IMG/VR virus record: IMGVR_UViG_3300028588_000038
Location: 1 to 43,591 of that record
Direction: 5' to 3' (one strand)
Length of the DNA: 43,591 nucleotides
DNA from: a virus
Lineage: Duplodnaviria; Caudoviricetes
Both the position numbers and the translations under genes were made by a program. The notes beneath the pieces were generated by a model. That model ran no database searches, had not been told where the DNA came from, and saw nothing but the letters and a program-made list of their open reading frames with translations. Positions 6,916 to 15,455 of this stretch are shown here, piece by piece (within the stretch, counting starts at the first letter, position 1; every line of letters starts with the position of its first letter).

Positions 6916-6939
6916 AAAAAAAGCCCGCGAGAGGCGGGC
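6916..6939 (-). terminator. Rho-independent terminator
   Basis: GCCCGC-ctctc-GCGGGC-T7 on the minus strand. Confidence 0.8.
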
Positions 6940-6967
6940 CGTTGGGTGGAGCGTTAAGCATGACAAG

Positions 6968-7288
6968 TCATGCAGGCCCGAACAGCGCAACGTGCAGCGG
7001 ATCGCGTACAAGGTGCGGCGTCCACGTGCTGGTGATGATCTGCTTTGCCCGGTCGATACGCGAACCCATGGACATATCCTTGCCGGTGGCTTCCCAGCTG
7101 GAGAAGCGGCTACCCGGAATGGCTGTCTTGCGGATGCATTCGACGCGCGCCAGGTGTGCCAGCTCACTGCCTGCGGTGCGCTCATCGATGTTGAAGGCTT
7201 TGGCAATCTGTCGTGCGGTCAAGCCGGGGTTGTCCGTAATGTATTGCAGGACCATCGAGCGGCGGCTTTGTTCTTTAGGGAGGGTCAT
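6968..7288 (-). CDS. Winged-HTH protein
   Basis: VLQYITDNPGLTARQIAKAFNIDERTAGSELAHL; C-terminal RDPLHVALFG. Confidence 0.75.
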   Translation of the reverse strand: MTLPKEQSRRSMVLQYITDNPGLTARQIAKAFNIDERTAGSELAHLARVECIRKTAIPGSRFSSWEATGKDMSMGSRIDRAKQIITSTWTPHLVRDPLHVALFGPA

Positions 7289-7290
7289 GT

Positions 7291-7908
7291 TTAGAGTCCT
7301 AGTGCAGAGAAAATGCCTTTCGGCGCAGTGTTCGGTTTGATGCCACGTGCCTGGCGCTGTTCTTCGCGCGACATACGGCGGAAGCTTATGCGTTCCTTGC
7401 TTGGCTCGTTGCCGACCGCGTAGACAGCTGCGCGCGATCCTTTGGGATGTGGCAAGATCCAGGCGCGTACGTGAATCGAGTCTTCTTGCTTAAGCGCGTA
7501 GATAATGAAGCGGGTATAGCTGTAGCTGATACCAAGGCGTTTAGCGAGGTCGTAAGTCGTGCTAGGCAGGAGTAGCGCAGCCAAAACTTTCTCTTTCCAC
7601 ATATCGGCCTTTTTTTCTATCTTGCTCTTTGGCGCCGGCGTGTAGATAGCATCGGGCATGCTCCCAGTGCTATATACCCTTGCAGGCTTGTTGCGGTCTA
7701 CAGGCTGCCAGGCGGCCACGTAGACGCGTTTCTGTTCGTGCAGGATGCTTAGATAGTCGCGCGCTGTATCATGGCTTACATGCATGGTCTGGCTTAGTTC
7801 TTTGGCGGTCATTTGCTTGGCGCTTAGCAGCTCAAGGATGCGTGCAATGCGGCGGTCCATGCGTGGTGTTGCGCGGCTTGCTTGCTCGGGTGTTCGTGGA
7901 TTTCCCAT
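7291..7908 (-). CDS. Tandem winged-HTH DNA-binding protein
   Basis: Two similar units (TAKELSQTMHVSHDTARDYL...VYVAAW and TTYDLAKRLGISYSYTRFII...IHVRAW). Confidence 0.75.
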   Translation of the reverse strand: MGNPRTPEQASRATPRMDRRIARILELLSAKQMTAKELSQTMHVSHDTARDYLSILHEQKRVYVAAWQPVDRNKPARVYSTGSMPDAIYTPAPKSKIEKKADMWKEKVLAALLLPSTTYDLAKRLGISYSYTRFIIYALKQEDSIHVRAWILPHPKGSRAAVYAVGNEPSKERISFRRMSREEQRQARGIKPNTAPKGIFSALGL

Positions 7909-8145
7909 TTATTCCTCAATCTTAAGTTGGCGCGGATCTACTTCCCGCATTACGTAGACAACATCCGTTTCATCGCAACTGCTCATTCCTGCCAGGGCAG
8001 CTAGTTCAACAGCCTTGTTGCAGACAGAGACACGCTGACGCTGAAAGATGCAGGAGCCGCAAGCCCTGCCAGGCTTGGTGATGAAGTTCAGGCTGGCAGG
8101 GTTTAGGGGCTCGTCGTACAGATCAGCCAGGGCTATCATGTTCAT
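7909..8145 (-). CDS. Hypothetical Cys-containing protein
   Basis: CGSC...C...C pattern; in-operon. Confidence 0.65.
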   Translation of the reverse strand: MNMIALADLYDEPLNPASLNFITKPGRACGSCIFQRQRVSVCNKAVELAALAGMSSCDETDVVYVMREVDPRQLKIEE

Positions 8146-8147
8146 GG

Positions 8148-8381
8148 CTAATGCGCACGCTGGCGATTTACGTAAGCCCTCGCCAGCTGGCCAGATGCAT
8201 CGTCATGCGGAATATCGCCACGATCCATCTTTCCATTACGCCAGCCATGCCAAAAGCTTTTGCTCTTATCGCTTCCAGGCTCCGCACCGCCTGCAAAGCC
8301 ATAGCGATATCCGTCAAGGCAATCATCCATATCCAACAAATCGACTTCTTCAATAGTTCTCAGCGGTTGATACTCACTCAC
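8148..8381 (-). CDS. Hypothetical protein
   Basis: GTG start with ACAGGGAGA RBS; GY..G...SFWHGWRNG motif. Confidence 0.7.
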   Translation of the reverse strand: MSEYQPLRTIEEVDLLDMDDCLDGYRYGFAGGAEPGSDKSKSFWHGWRNGKMDRGDIPHDDASGQLARAYVNRQRAH

Positions 8382-8447
8382 TTTGTTCTCCCTGTATAAT
8401 CACTTCCAATACGGCCCCGCCCTCTGCGCAAGCACGGCGGGGTTCTT

Positions 8448-9053
8448 TTATGCCTGCTTAGCTTCTTTGATACGCCGCAGGTAATCCGCTTTCATGGCTT
8501 GCAACTGTTCAACGGTGTATTTGCGTGGCGTCGTGTCTGCTTCTAGCGCCTCGACAGCATCCAGGCCAATACGAGCCACCAAGCCTTTGCGGAACAGGAT
8601 CTGATTCCCGCTAAGATGCACGTTGCACCAGTGGCATTGCCGCGCCAGGTTCAACTCTTCCAGTGCCAGATTCGGACGCGAGCCACGGCTGATGTAGTGG
8701 CCCGCATCGAATTTTTGGCCATGGTCAGAGTGGCCGCAAGAGATACACGGCTTGCCGGCGTCCCGTACTTCACGAATCCACTTGTTGAGTGCTGCTTGCG
8801 TCTCTTTGAAGTAGTCTGCGCGTCGCTTCAGCTTTGCTAGCCCTTCCTGGCGCTCCCTCTTCAGCTTGCGTTCCTTTTCTACTTGCACATGCATCTGCGC
8901 GCATTCCGGCTTGCAAGCCTTGTGCGTCATGCTCATGGGCTGGAAGGGCGTACGGCATACGATGCATTTCCGCATACGCCGCTTTCCTTCCTTGACTGGC
9001 TCGGGCCGTTTGAAGCCGGCTCGCTTCAGCGTGCTAGTACGTTCCAGAGTCAC
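8448..9053 (-). CDS. ninG: NinG/Rap-family recombination endonuclease
   Basis: CIVC..C...C, QAALNKWIREVRD..PCISCG...DAGHYISRG...N...QCHWCN.HLSGN. Confidence 0.9.
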   Translation of the reverse strand: MTLERTSTLKRAGFKRPEPVKEGKRRMRKCIVCRTPFQPMSMTHKACKPECAQMHVQVEKERKLKRERQEGLAKLKRRADYFKETQAALNKWIREVRDAGKPCISCGHSDHGQKFDAGHYISRGSRPNLALEELNLARQCHWCNVHLSGNQILFRKGLVARIGLDAVEALEADTTPRKYTVEQLQAMKADYLRRIKEAKQA

Positions 9054-9517
9054 ATATCACCCCGCGCGCCAAAGCGAACGCCTAGGCTCGCGCCAAACGC
9101 TTCTATCGCTTCCCGGTACTGTGCATGCCCTTTGATGGTCAGTTGCGTAGTAGAGCCGATTAGTACGCGATCACCAGCTGGATCAATCGCCCACTTCGCA
9201 TAGTTTTCCATTGTCAGCTCTGGGTCGAAACTTTCGGGTAGCAGTTGGCGTTTGAAATACTGCGCCCAGACCTCTGGCGAAAACTGGCGTCCATCCAGCC
9301 AAGCCTGCTCGCTAATGTCACGTAGAGGTCCGGCCCATAGAGCGGCGTTCTGATCTGCCTTGCGCGCCTTGACCTCTTCCCGCGCCACCACTTCAACAGG
9401 CCGAAGAGGATCAATAGGCAGGTTACGCACAAGCGCCAGGAGGCTATCGCGCACCTTCTCATCGCGCAGGATGAACTTGCGCGGCTGCATGGCAGGGCGG
9501 TTACTCTTCGCTCGCAT
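9050..9517 (-). CDS. ninB: NinB/Orf-family recombination protein (start may be 9490)
   Basis: R..DQNAALW...DISEQ.W..G...PEVW...FK...GSTTQL...IEAFGA..GVRF. Confidence 0.88.
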   Translation of the reverse strand: MRAKSNRPAMQPRKFILRDEKVRDSLLALVRNLPIDPLRPVEVVAREEVKARKADQNAALWAGPLRDISEQAWLDGRQFSPEVWAQYFKRQLLPESFDPELTMENYAKWAIDPAGDRVLIGSTTQLTIKGHAQYREAIEAFGASLGVRFGARGDM

Positions 9518-9635
9518 ACACGCCTCGTTGTTCTTCCTCGATACCCTGGTGATAAGCCATTACATAGATGCCGAAGCCTGCACCGAAAAGAAAGCCCAAG
9601 GTGATTAGGCTGAATACGATGAGAAAGTCGTTCAT
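9501..9635 (-). CDS. 44-aa membrane peptide
   Basis: MNDFLIVFSLITLGFLFGAGFGIYVMAY...; AAGGAG RBS; ATGA overlap. Confidence 0.6.
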   Translation of the reverse strand: MNDFLIVFSLITLGFLFGAGFGIYVMAYHQGIEEEQRGVYASEE

Positions 9636-9808
9636 TGAGATTTCTCCTTGAAGTAGGTTGCCAGTTTCCGTACCGTCTCAAAGGACGGGCTTTTTTGCTT
9701 GCCAGATGAGATGTTACAGACCGTGCGAGACGACAAACCAACTGCCGCCGCAACCTTCGCCTTGTTCGCGCTTTCCAGCATCTTTAGTACGTATTCCAAG
9801 TCATTCAT
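9632..9808 (-). CDS. Cro-like XRE HTH regulator (58 aa; absent from ORF track)
   Basis: KAKVAAAVGLSSRTVCNISSGKQKSPSFETVRKLATYF; first gene of the leftward early operon. Confidence 0.8.
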   Translation of the reverse strand: MNDLEYVLKMLESANKAKVAAAVGLSSRTVCNISSGKQKSPSFETVRKLATYFKEKSQ

Positions 9809-9837
9809 GGTGGTGGTCTTTCGAGTGGTGATGCGTA

Positions 9838-9867
9838 ATCATAGCGTGGCACAAGAGGAACTGTCTA
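9838..9867 (-). promoter_or_regulatory. Leftward early promoter TAGACA-18-TATGAT
   Basis: Near-consensus sigma70 elements at the strand switch. Confidence 0.6.
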
Positions 9868-9890
9868 GCACTATTTGGTGAAAAAAGAGC

Positions 9891-9920
9891 TTGCAAACGG
9901 TGGTGGAAATATGGGATGAT
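9891..9920 (+). promoter_or_regulatory. Rightward early promoter TTGCAA-18-GATGAT
   Basis: Divergent partner with an A-rich UP-like tract upstream. Confidence 0.5.
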
Positions 9921-9965
9921 TCATCTATGGCAGCGATGAGCGCGGCCAGGTAACCGAGAACTAGG

Positions 9966-10145
9966 ATGAACACTACCAATGCCCAGCCACGCTACTTCGT
10001 CAGCCCATGCGGCAAGAACACTGACTTCTTCTCTGCTGGCCTGGAGCCTGCTGGCTGGACTGACGTTACACATTTGGATGACGCAGCTGTCAGTGATCTG
10101 ATGGTGCGTAGGATGTGGGATGTATCGAAATCTAACGATGTATAA
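9966..10145 (+). CDS. 59-aa hypothetical protein (MNTTNAQPRYFVSPCGK...)
   Basis: Read manually; first ORF after the rightward promoter. Confidence 0.6.
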   Translation: MNTTNAQPRYFVSPCGKNTDFFSAGLEPAGWTDVTHLDDAAVSDLMVRRMWDVSKSNDV

Positions 10146-10188
10146 GCCGTTCGGGCTATACATTTTTGGCTAACTAAAGGGGAATGAA

Positions 10189-10347
10189 ATGAACCGAATC
10201 AGCACTAAGCCCACCCTATGGGAGCGTATGCAGCGCAATCCACCTGTAATGTTTGCAGTGGTGATGATTGCATTCTTTGCCTTCATTGGATTTGCAGAGT
10301 TCGCATCTACCATGCTGGGTGCGGCATTTGATGTTCGTGCGGGGTGA
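10189..10347 (+). CDS. 52-aa membrane peptide
   Basis: AAGGGG RBS; hydrophobic core. Confidence 0.55.
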   Translation: MNRISTKPTLWERMQRNPPVMFAVVMIAFFAFIGFAEFASTMLGAAFDVRAG

Positions 10348-10676
10348 TGATGACTGATCGTGAACTGCTGAAACTGGCTGCAAAGGCAGCCGGAAAAGAT
10401 GTGTGGACGGATGCAGATGGCAACCTCTACACAGATACGCCAATCGGCATAGAGATTACATGGAACCCGCTTACCGATGATGGCGATGCGTTGCGCTTGG
10501 CAGTAAAACTAAATATATGGCCTGTACGTCAGTATGACCGCCCGATGATCGTGGTGCAAAGAGGTGCGGCCTACTTCGATGAGATTGCCGAATGCGAGAT
10601 CGAGGGTGATGAACTGGCAGCAACACGGCGCGCTATTGTTCTAGCTGCTGCGGAACTAGGGAAGGAGATGCCATGA
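10344..10676 (+). CDS. Conserved phage hypothetical protein
   Basis: DRELLKLAAKAAG...WNPLTDDGDALRLAVKL...ATRRAIVLAAAELG is a recurrent phage family motif. Confidence 0.8.
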   Translation: MMMTDRELLKLAAKAAGKDVWTDADGNLYTDTPIGIEITWNPLTDDGDALRLAVKLNIWPVRQYDRPMIVVQRGAAYFDEIAECEIEGDELAATRRAIVLAAAELGKEMP

Positions 10677-10846
10677 CCAACTACAGAGTCGTCATTAACT
10701 TCTGTCGCGGCCCTAGCTACGGCCCTACTGAGGTAAGAGCAAGCGATGAGCAGTCAGCTAAGTTTGCAGCGCTTAGGGAAGCCCAGGGGTATGGGTTTGA
10801 TGAAGTACCGAAGGATTACGAAGTCAGTCAGGAATGGGTAATGTAA
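10673..10846 (+). CDS. 57-aa hypothetical protein
   Basis: AAGGAG RBS; ATGA overlap. Confidence 0.6.
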   Translation: MTNYRVVINFCRGPSYGPTEVRASDEQSAKFAALREAQGYGFDEVPKDYEVSQEWVM

Positions 10847-10889
10847 TGCCGCCCTTCGCGGCACCCGCTAGCTAACTAAGGGAGCGAAG

Positions 10890-11120
10890 ATGAACGATAA
10901 AGAATTGGCAGCAGCATACAAGGCGCAAAGAGATTCTTTGCTCGGGTTTATTCAAAACGCAGACGTATCATCTGGCGTGTGTTGCTGTGGTGACGCCATG
11001 GATAGTCATGGCATGTATTGCGGGCATAACCCGGTTGATATGTGGGACCACAGCGTTCTTTGCTACACAGAAGAGCTTGGAAAGTTCGATAAGTTTCTTG
11101 ACGCAGATCAGCCTGCGTGA
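10890..11120 (+). CDS. Hypothetical Cys/His-rich protein
   Basis: GVCCCGD..DSH...GHNPVD; AAGGGAG RBS. Confidence 0.7.
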   Translation: MNDKELAAAYKAQRDSLLGFIQNADVSSGVCCCGDAMDSHGMYCGHNPVDMWDHSVLCYTEELGKFDKFLDADQPA

Positions 11121-11407
11121 CGTAGAAGCTAGACAGATTAGTTTTAATGAAATGGCTTTTCATGTCCAAAAAGGTATATAGAGCCATCCTGCATGGAAAT
11201 TGATCTGCGTCAAAGATTCAGAAGTTGTGCCATTGAGCCGGCTTATGGTTGTGCGTCACAGTCGAGTCCGCTTAGGATGGTCTTTATAGGCTTTACGCCT
11301 TTAGGGCTACAAGCCTCACGTAACTGCATCGCTCAACCAGCCGCTCAGGCTTCCAGTTTGTATGCCTCAAACCCACTAAAAAATGCAGTACCTACAGGGA
11401 GATTGAA

Positions 11408-11644
11408 ATGAGTGGAGCCCAAAAGATTGAACTCTACCGCCCAAGCAACGGAACAGAAGGTGCCGGATTCATGGCGCATTACTGTGAGAATTGCAAGCAT
11501 GACGATCACGGAGAAGGTTTACGCGTATGTGAGATTATCGGCACAACTATGGTCTACAGCGTTGACGAACCTCAGTATCCAACCGAGTGGCAATACAAGC
11601 CAGATGGCTGGCCGACATGTACAAAGTTTGAGGCTGAATCATGA
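11408..11644 (+). CDS. Hypothetical Cys-rich phage protein
   Basis: YRPSNGTEG..F...C..C...CEI...PTCTKF; ACAGGGAGAT RBS. Confidence 0.75.
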   Translation: MSGAQKIELYRPSNGTEGAGFMAHYCENCKHDDHGEGLRVCEIIGTTMVYSVDEPQYPTEWQYKPDGWPTCTKFEAES

Positions 11645-11725
11645 AGCGCATTGCGCCGCAGGTGAACACCTATTGCACTTTCTGTCTTTATGCTGGCGTT
11701 GAGAAAGTAAACAGGACTGAAGCAG

Positions 11726-11920
11726 ATGGATCAAAGTATTAGACTAAAGACGCCAGAAGAAATTGCAAAAGATCATCAGCGCACACGAATCCTCGCCAAC
11801 TTCAAGAAAGCAACAGAGAAGTGGAGCGGCAAGACGTTCTCGCACTTCGCTACGATTGAGGAATGGAAAGTGCATCGTGAGCAGGTTGCACAAGCTGAGG
11901 CTGAAGGCGCACCGTTCTAG
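11726..11920 (+). CDS. Hypothetical protein
   Basis: 64-aa ORF ending in ..APF, upstream of erf. Confidence 0.55.
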   Translation: MDQSIRLKTPEEIAKDHQRTRILANFKKATEKWSGKTFSHFATIEEWKVHREQVAQAEAEGAPF

Positions 11921-11943
11921 CTAAAGACAAAAGGGAGAAGATA

Positions 11944-12561
11944 ATGGAAGTTTACAAAGCAATCGCAGCCGTGGCCGGCGAAATGGCTCATGCTGGCATA
12001 AGCAAGGCCAAAGAAAACAAGATGCAGGGTTTTAAGTTCCGTGGCATCGATGATGTATACAACGCATTGGCGCCTGTCCTGGCGCGTCACCAACTCGTTA
12101 TCCTTCCGCGCTGCGTGGAGCGTGATGTGGTCGAGCGCGTGACAGCAAAGGGTGGCAATCTGTTCTATGTGACGGTCCGCGCTGAGTTCGATTTCGTCAG
12201 CGCTGTTGACGGAACCAAGCACACCGTTGCAACTTACGGCGAGGCTATGGATAGTGGAGATAAAGCCACCAACAAGGCCATGAGTGCGGCATTCAAATAT
12301 GCGGCCTTCCAATCGTTCTGTATCCCCACCGAGGAAACGGCTATTGACGCCGATGCAGTTACGCACCCGGCGACTACTGCAAAGCCTGTCGATATTGAGC
12401 CTTGGATTGCCAAGATGCTTGCCGCTACCAGCTCCAAAGAGCTTAACAAGGTAGCTCAGGAAGCATGGGATGCGACGCAAGACGAGCGCATCACTACTGA
12501 ACACTCGCGCATCCTGGCTGAGCGTAAGGCCGCTGCAAAGCAATTGGCGGAGCAGGCGTGA
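11944..12561 (+). CDS. erf: ERF-family single-strand annealing protein
   Basis: GFKFRGIDDVYNALAPVLARH...GEAMDSGDKATNKAMSAAFKYA...FCIPTE..DAD. Confidence 0.88.
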   Translation: MEVYKAIAAVAGEMAHAGISKAKENKMQGFKFRGIDDVYNALAPVLARHQLVILPRCVERDVVERVTAKGGNLFYVTVRAEFDFVSAVDGTKHTVATYGEAMDSGDKATNKAMSAAFKYAAFQSFCIPTEETAIDADAVTHPATTAKPVDIEPWIAKMLAATSSKELNKVAQEAWDATQDERITTEHSRILAERKAAAKQLAEQA

Positions 12562-12806
12562 GCACCCTGACCGAAGAACAAACCGCCTTGCTTCGTCAGG
12601 CTCTCGGCCTGACCTCCGAGAATAACGACAATCCAACTAAGAACCGCGTTGACCGCACGCCACAGAACAAGCTAACGATCCACAGCTTGCAGCGTTTGCG
12701 CTATCTGCGCATGACTTCCGGATGCAGCATGTCAGATGGCCGCGTGACTGACTACTACTATGTCACCGATGCTGGCAAGGAAGCTGTGCTAGCTCAGCCC
12801 TGGTAG
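12558..12806 (+). CDS. Hypothetical protein (wHTH-like)
   Basis: LTEEQTALLRQALGL...YYVTDAGKEAV. Confidence 0.7.
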   Translation: MSTLTEEQTALLRQALGLTSENNDNPTKNRVDRTPQNKLTIHSLQRLRYLRMTSGCSMSDGRVTDYYYVTDAGKEAVLAQPW

Positions 12807-12845
12807 TTGCCCGAATGCGAGCCGAGACAGTCGGCCTGTGACACG

Positions 12846-12870
12846 AAGCCGCCTAGTGCGGCTTTTTATT
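12846..12870 (+). terminator. Rho-independent terminator
   Basis: AAGCCGC-ctagt-GCGGCTT followed by TTTATT. Confidence 0.75.
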
Positions 12871-12893
12871 TGCACATATCGTTGCGAATAGTG

Positions 12894-12922
12894 TTGCGCA
12901 TCGCGGCTTGCTTGTGTATATT
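12894..12922 (+). promoter_or_regulatory. sigma70 promoter TTGCGC-17-TATATT
   Basis: Directly after the terminator and before a leader hairpin and RBS. Confidence 0.65.
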
Positions 12923-12970
12923 GGAGTTCATGGGCAGCGCACAGGGCGATGCTAAACAGGGAGATTAACA

Positions 12971-13123
12971 ATGGACGAGAAACTTGTAGAGCTTCTGGAA
13001 GATGCACTTGTTGCTTTAGAAAACAGCAAGCCAGTAATGGAGCACTACGTTGAACCAAATATCAGGCACGTCAAAGCAACGGAAAAAGTTCGCGCAGCAC
13101 TCGCTGAAGCCATTCAAAAGTAA
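12971..13123 (+). CDS. 50-aa hypothetical protein (MDEKLVELLEDALVALENS...)
   Basis: ACAGGGAGAT RBS; read manually. Confidence 0.65.
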   Translation: MDEKLVELLEDALVALENSKPVMEHYVEPNIRHVKATEKVRAALAEAIQK

Positions 13124-13137
13124 AAAGAGTAGCGACA

Positions 13138-13311
13138 ATGCCAACCCCAATCAGCGAAGCAGCCAAGCGCGCCGTAAAGCTTCTGAAGAAGAAGCACCCC
13201 GAGCACCGCTGGCGCAATTACACGATCACAGAAGCCGCCGCAATTGAAGGCGTGTCACGCAGCACAATCTACCGCCACCTTGGCGAGAGCAAACAGGGAG
13301 AAAAACAATGA
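13138..13311 (+). CDS. 57-aa HTH protein
   Basis: YTITEAAAIEGVSRSTIYRHL helix-turn-helix; absent from ORF track. Confidence 0.7.
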   Translation: MPTPISEAAKRAVKLLKKKHPEHRWRNYTITEAAAIEGVSRSTIYRHLGESKQGEKQ

Positions 13312-13640
13312 ACGACAACACTAACCGCGCAGCTGAAGCAGCACAGCCTGCGAGCAGCGTGAAGTCGTGGCAGGAGCGCTGTAGTTGGCAGAGCAACGAG
13401 CCTGCTACAAAGCTGATGGTCGAGGCGATGAAGGCAGAAATAGCTGAACTGCGGGAGGTGATTAAAGCGCGGATAGACGTTGACCGGAATGAGTTTTGGG
13501 ATGGCGTCAATGCTAAATATCCGAACGCCGAGTTGTGCGATTACACCGACTCTTGGGCAAGACAAAACGAGAAACGAAACGCTATGTGGCAAGGTATTGC
13601 GCTTGCTTGCCATGTATTTTCTCGCAGGGTTAGCGCTTAA
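13308..13640 (+). CDS. Hypothetical protein
   Basis: ACAGGGAGA RBS; shares WQER...MKAEIAELR with 18346-18903. Confidence 0.7.
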   Translation: MNDNTNRAAEAAQPASSVKSWQERCSWQSNEPATKLMVEAMKAEIAELREVIKARIDVDRNEFWDGVNAKYPNAELCDYTDSWARQNEKRNAMWQGIALACHVFSRRVSA

Positions 13641-13655
13641 AACAGGGAGAGAAAA

Positions 13656-15455
13656 ATGAGCAACAAAACTGAATCCGGAACCGACCTGCAACAGCTCAAG
13701 GCGCTGGCACTGGCGGCAACGACCGGCGAATGGTTGCATGAGCGCGCCATGGTATCGGCAGTTCATCCGCGAGCCAATGACGCGGACGGCACGACTGTAT
13801 TGGCGCACTTTACCGGCTATTTCGATGAACAGCAGTCCAACGCCGCATTCTGCGCCGCCGCCTCGCCTGCCGTTGTTCTCGACCTGATCGCCCGCATCGA
13901 GCGCGCCACCGCTCCCCATGCTGACCGCCCGCAACAGATCAATCTGCCAGGCGGCGAGACCTTGCGCTATGAGGCGAGAACCACCGGCGAGCCGGGCTGG
14001 CTGCTGTACAACCGGGACGGGAAACTACTTTCGGGCTTGTCCCGCCCCGATGTTGGGATGATCGAGGCAACGATCGACGCAGCGCTCGCCGCTCCCCATG
14101 GAAGCGCAGCGCCTACCGAAGCCGCGCCGACCGATGTTGTCTACGGATACGAATGCCTCCAGCCCGGAGGTCAAGGCATCTGGTGCGAGTTCTTCAGTCG
14201 TCAGAAGCCCGGAAGCGAGGGATCAGAGTGGCTTCGCAATGTTCGCCAATACGCCCCAGCATCCCAGCGCGCCGCAGCGCCGGTATCGGGCGGGGAGCTG
14301 CCGCCTCCTGACGGTGATTGGGATGGTGACGACTGGTACACCAAAGACACTTTGATCGAATACGGCAACCGACACGCAGCAGTATCTGCCTCTCAAGCAA
14401 AAGATGGTTTGGGCATTCCGCACGACGCAGAATACTGGCGCAACGAAGCGGCCCAAGCCCGCTCTCGCGTTCTGGTGATTAAGAAGGAGCGGGATGCAGC
14501 TATGGCCGCCTCTCAAGCTGCGCCGGTAGGGGGCGAGCTGACCGACGAGCAAATAATGAGCATGTACGAAGGCTTCGTGAACGATCCGAGCGCCCTCAAG
14601 TCCGGGGATTATGCCAGCGCGATTAAGCTTGTCCGCGCAGCAGTAGCTGCCGCCAAGGTTCCGACCGAGGAGATTTTTAAGCTGCGAAAACGCATCCAGT
14701 GGCTGGAAACTCTGGCTGATGCTTACGGCCCGAAATCCCTGCAATACGACATCGAGCACCCGAACGATGGGCTGAACGCCGCCGCGCCTGTCGAGCAGGG
14801 CCAGGGCGCAGCGCCGAGCGAGGTGGAAAAAGCCCGCGCCACTCTCCGCCGCTATTGGGCTGATGGAAACTGGAACGAAGCCAGCACCGAAAGCACCGGC
14901 GAAATTCAAGCTGCACTCACGGTCTTGGCAGCCCCTGTGGGCGCAGGCGTAGTGCCTCACCTGAACTCAGACGGTCGCTTGTCGGACGATCTGCGCGACC
15001 TGATCGAAGGTATGTCGGTCTCCATCGACGTGAGCACCGGCGAGCACGATAGTGGGAACCGCCTCTTCGGCGTTGTCAGCGAGGTCATGAACGACAACAA
15101 CGACAAATGCGGCGTCACTTTGCTGGTCTATGACGCGAAGCCGAACTTCACGCAGGGCGCAGGCGTAGTGCCTGAAGCCGATCCTGATGCTTGGATTCGC
15201 AAGACTGACATCACCGAACTTACCGACAGCGAGCCAGAAACCGAAGGCTGGACACCACTCTACGCAGCTACAGCCCATCCTGTAGCGGTAGACGATCAGG
15301 TGCGCGACCAGGCGCTGGAAGAGGCGGCGTCCGCGTGCCTTTGCCTCGTCAAGAACCGCCGGGCTGTCTACGCCAGGGATTGCGCCGACGCCATCCGCGC
15401 CCTCAAGTCTCGCACTACCGCACATGGTGGTGCGCAAGGAGATCGCAATGCATAA
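13656..15455 (+). CDS. Ead/Ea22-like mosaic protein
   Basis: LKALALAATTGEW...NAAFCAAASPAVVLDLIARIE N-terminus; ALEEAA...CADAIRALK C-terminus; Ala/Pro linkers. Confidence 0.8.
   Translation: MSNKTESGTDLQQLKALALAATTGEWLHERAMVSAVHPRANDADGTTVLAHFTGYFDEQQSNAAFCAAASPAVVLDLIARIERATAPHADRPQQINLPGGETLRYEARTTGEPGWLLYNRDGKLLSGLSRPDVGMIEATIDAALAAPHGSAAPTEAAPTDVVYGYECLQPGGQGIWCEFFSRQKPGSEGSEWLRNVRQYAPASQRAAAPVSGGELPPPDGDWDGDDWYTKDTLIEYGNRHAAVSASQAKDGLGIPHDAEYWRNEAAQARSRVLVIKKERDAAMAASQAAPVGGELTDEQIMSMYEGFVNDPSALKSGDYASAIKLVRAAVAAAKVPTEEIFKLRKRIQWLETLADAYGPKSLQYDIEHPNDGLNAAAPVEQGQGAAPSEVEKARATLRRYWADGNWNEASTESTGEIQAALTVLAAPVGAGVVPHLNSDGRLSDDLRDLIEGMSVSIDVSTGEHDSGNRLFGVVSEVMNDNNDKCGVTLLVYDAKPNFTQGAGVVPEADPDAWIRKTDITELTDSEPETEGWTPLYAATAHPVAVDDQVRDQALEEAASACLCLVKNRRAVYARDCADAIRALKSRTTAHGGAQGDRNA

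Noticed and set aside
6662-6961. 99-aa minus-strand ORF (possible Ash/Icd-like)
   Set aside because: Runs through a terminator, promoter and RNA structure with no RBS.
8414-8450. CCCCGCC/GGCGGGG hairpin after ninG as a terminator
   Set aside because: No U-tract on the coding strand and a large loop; function unclear.
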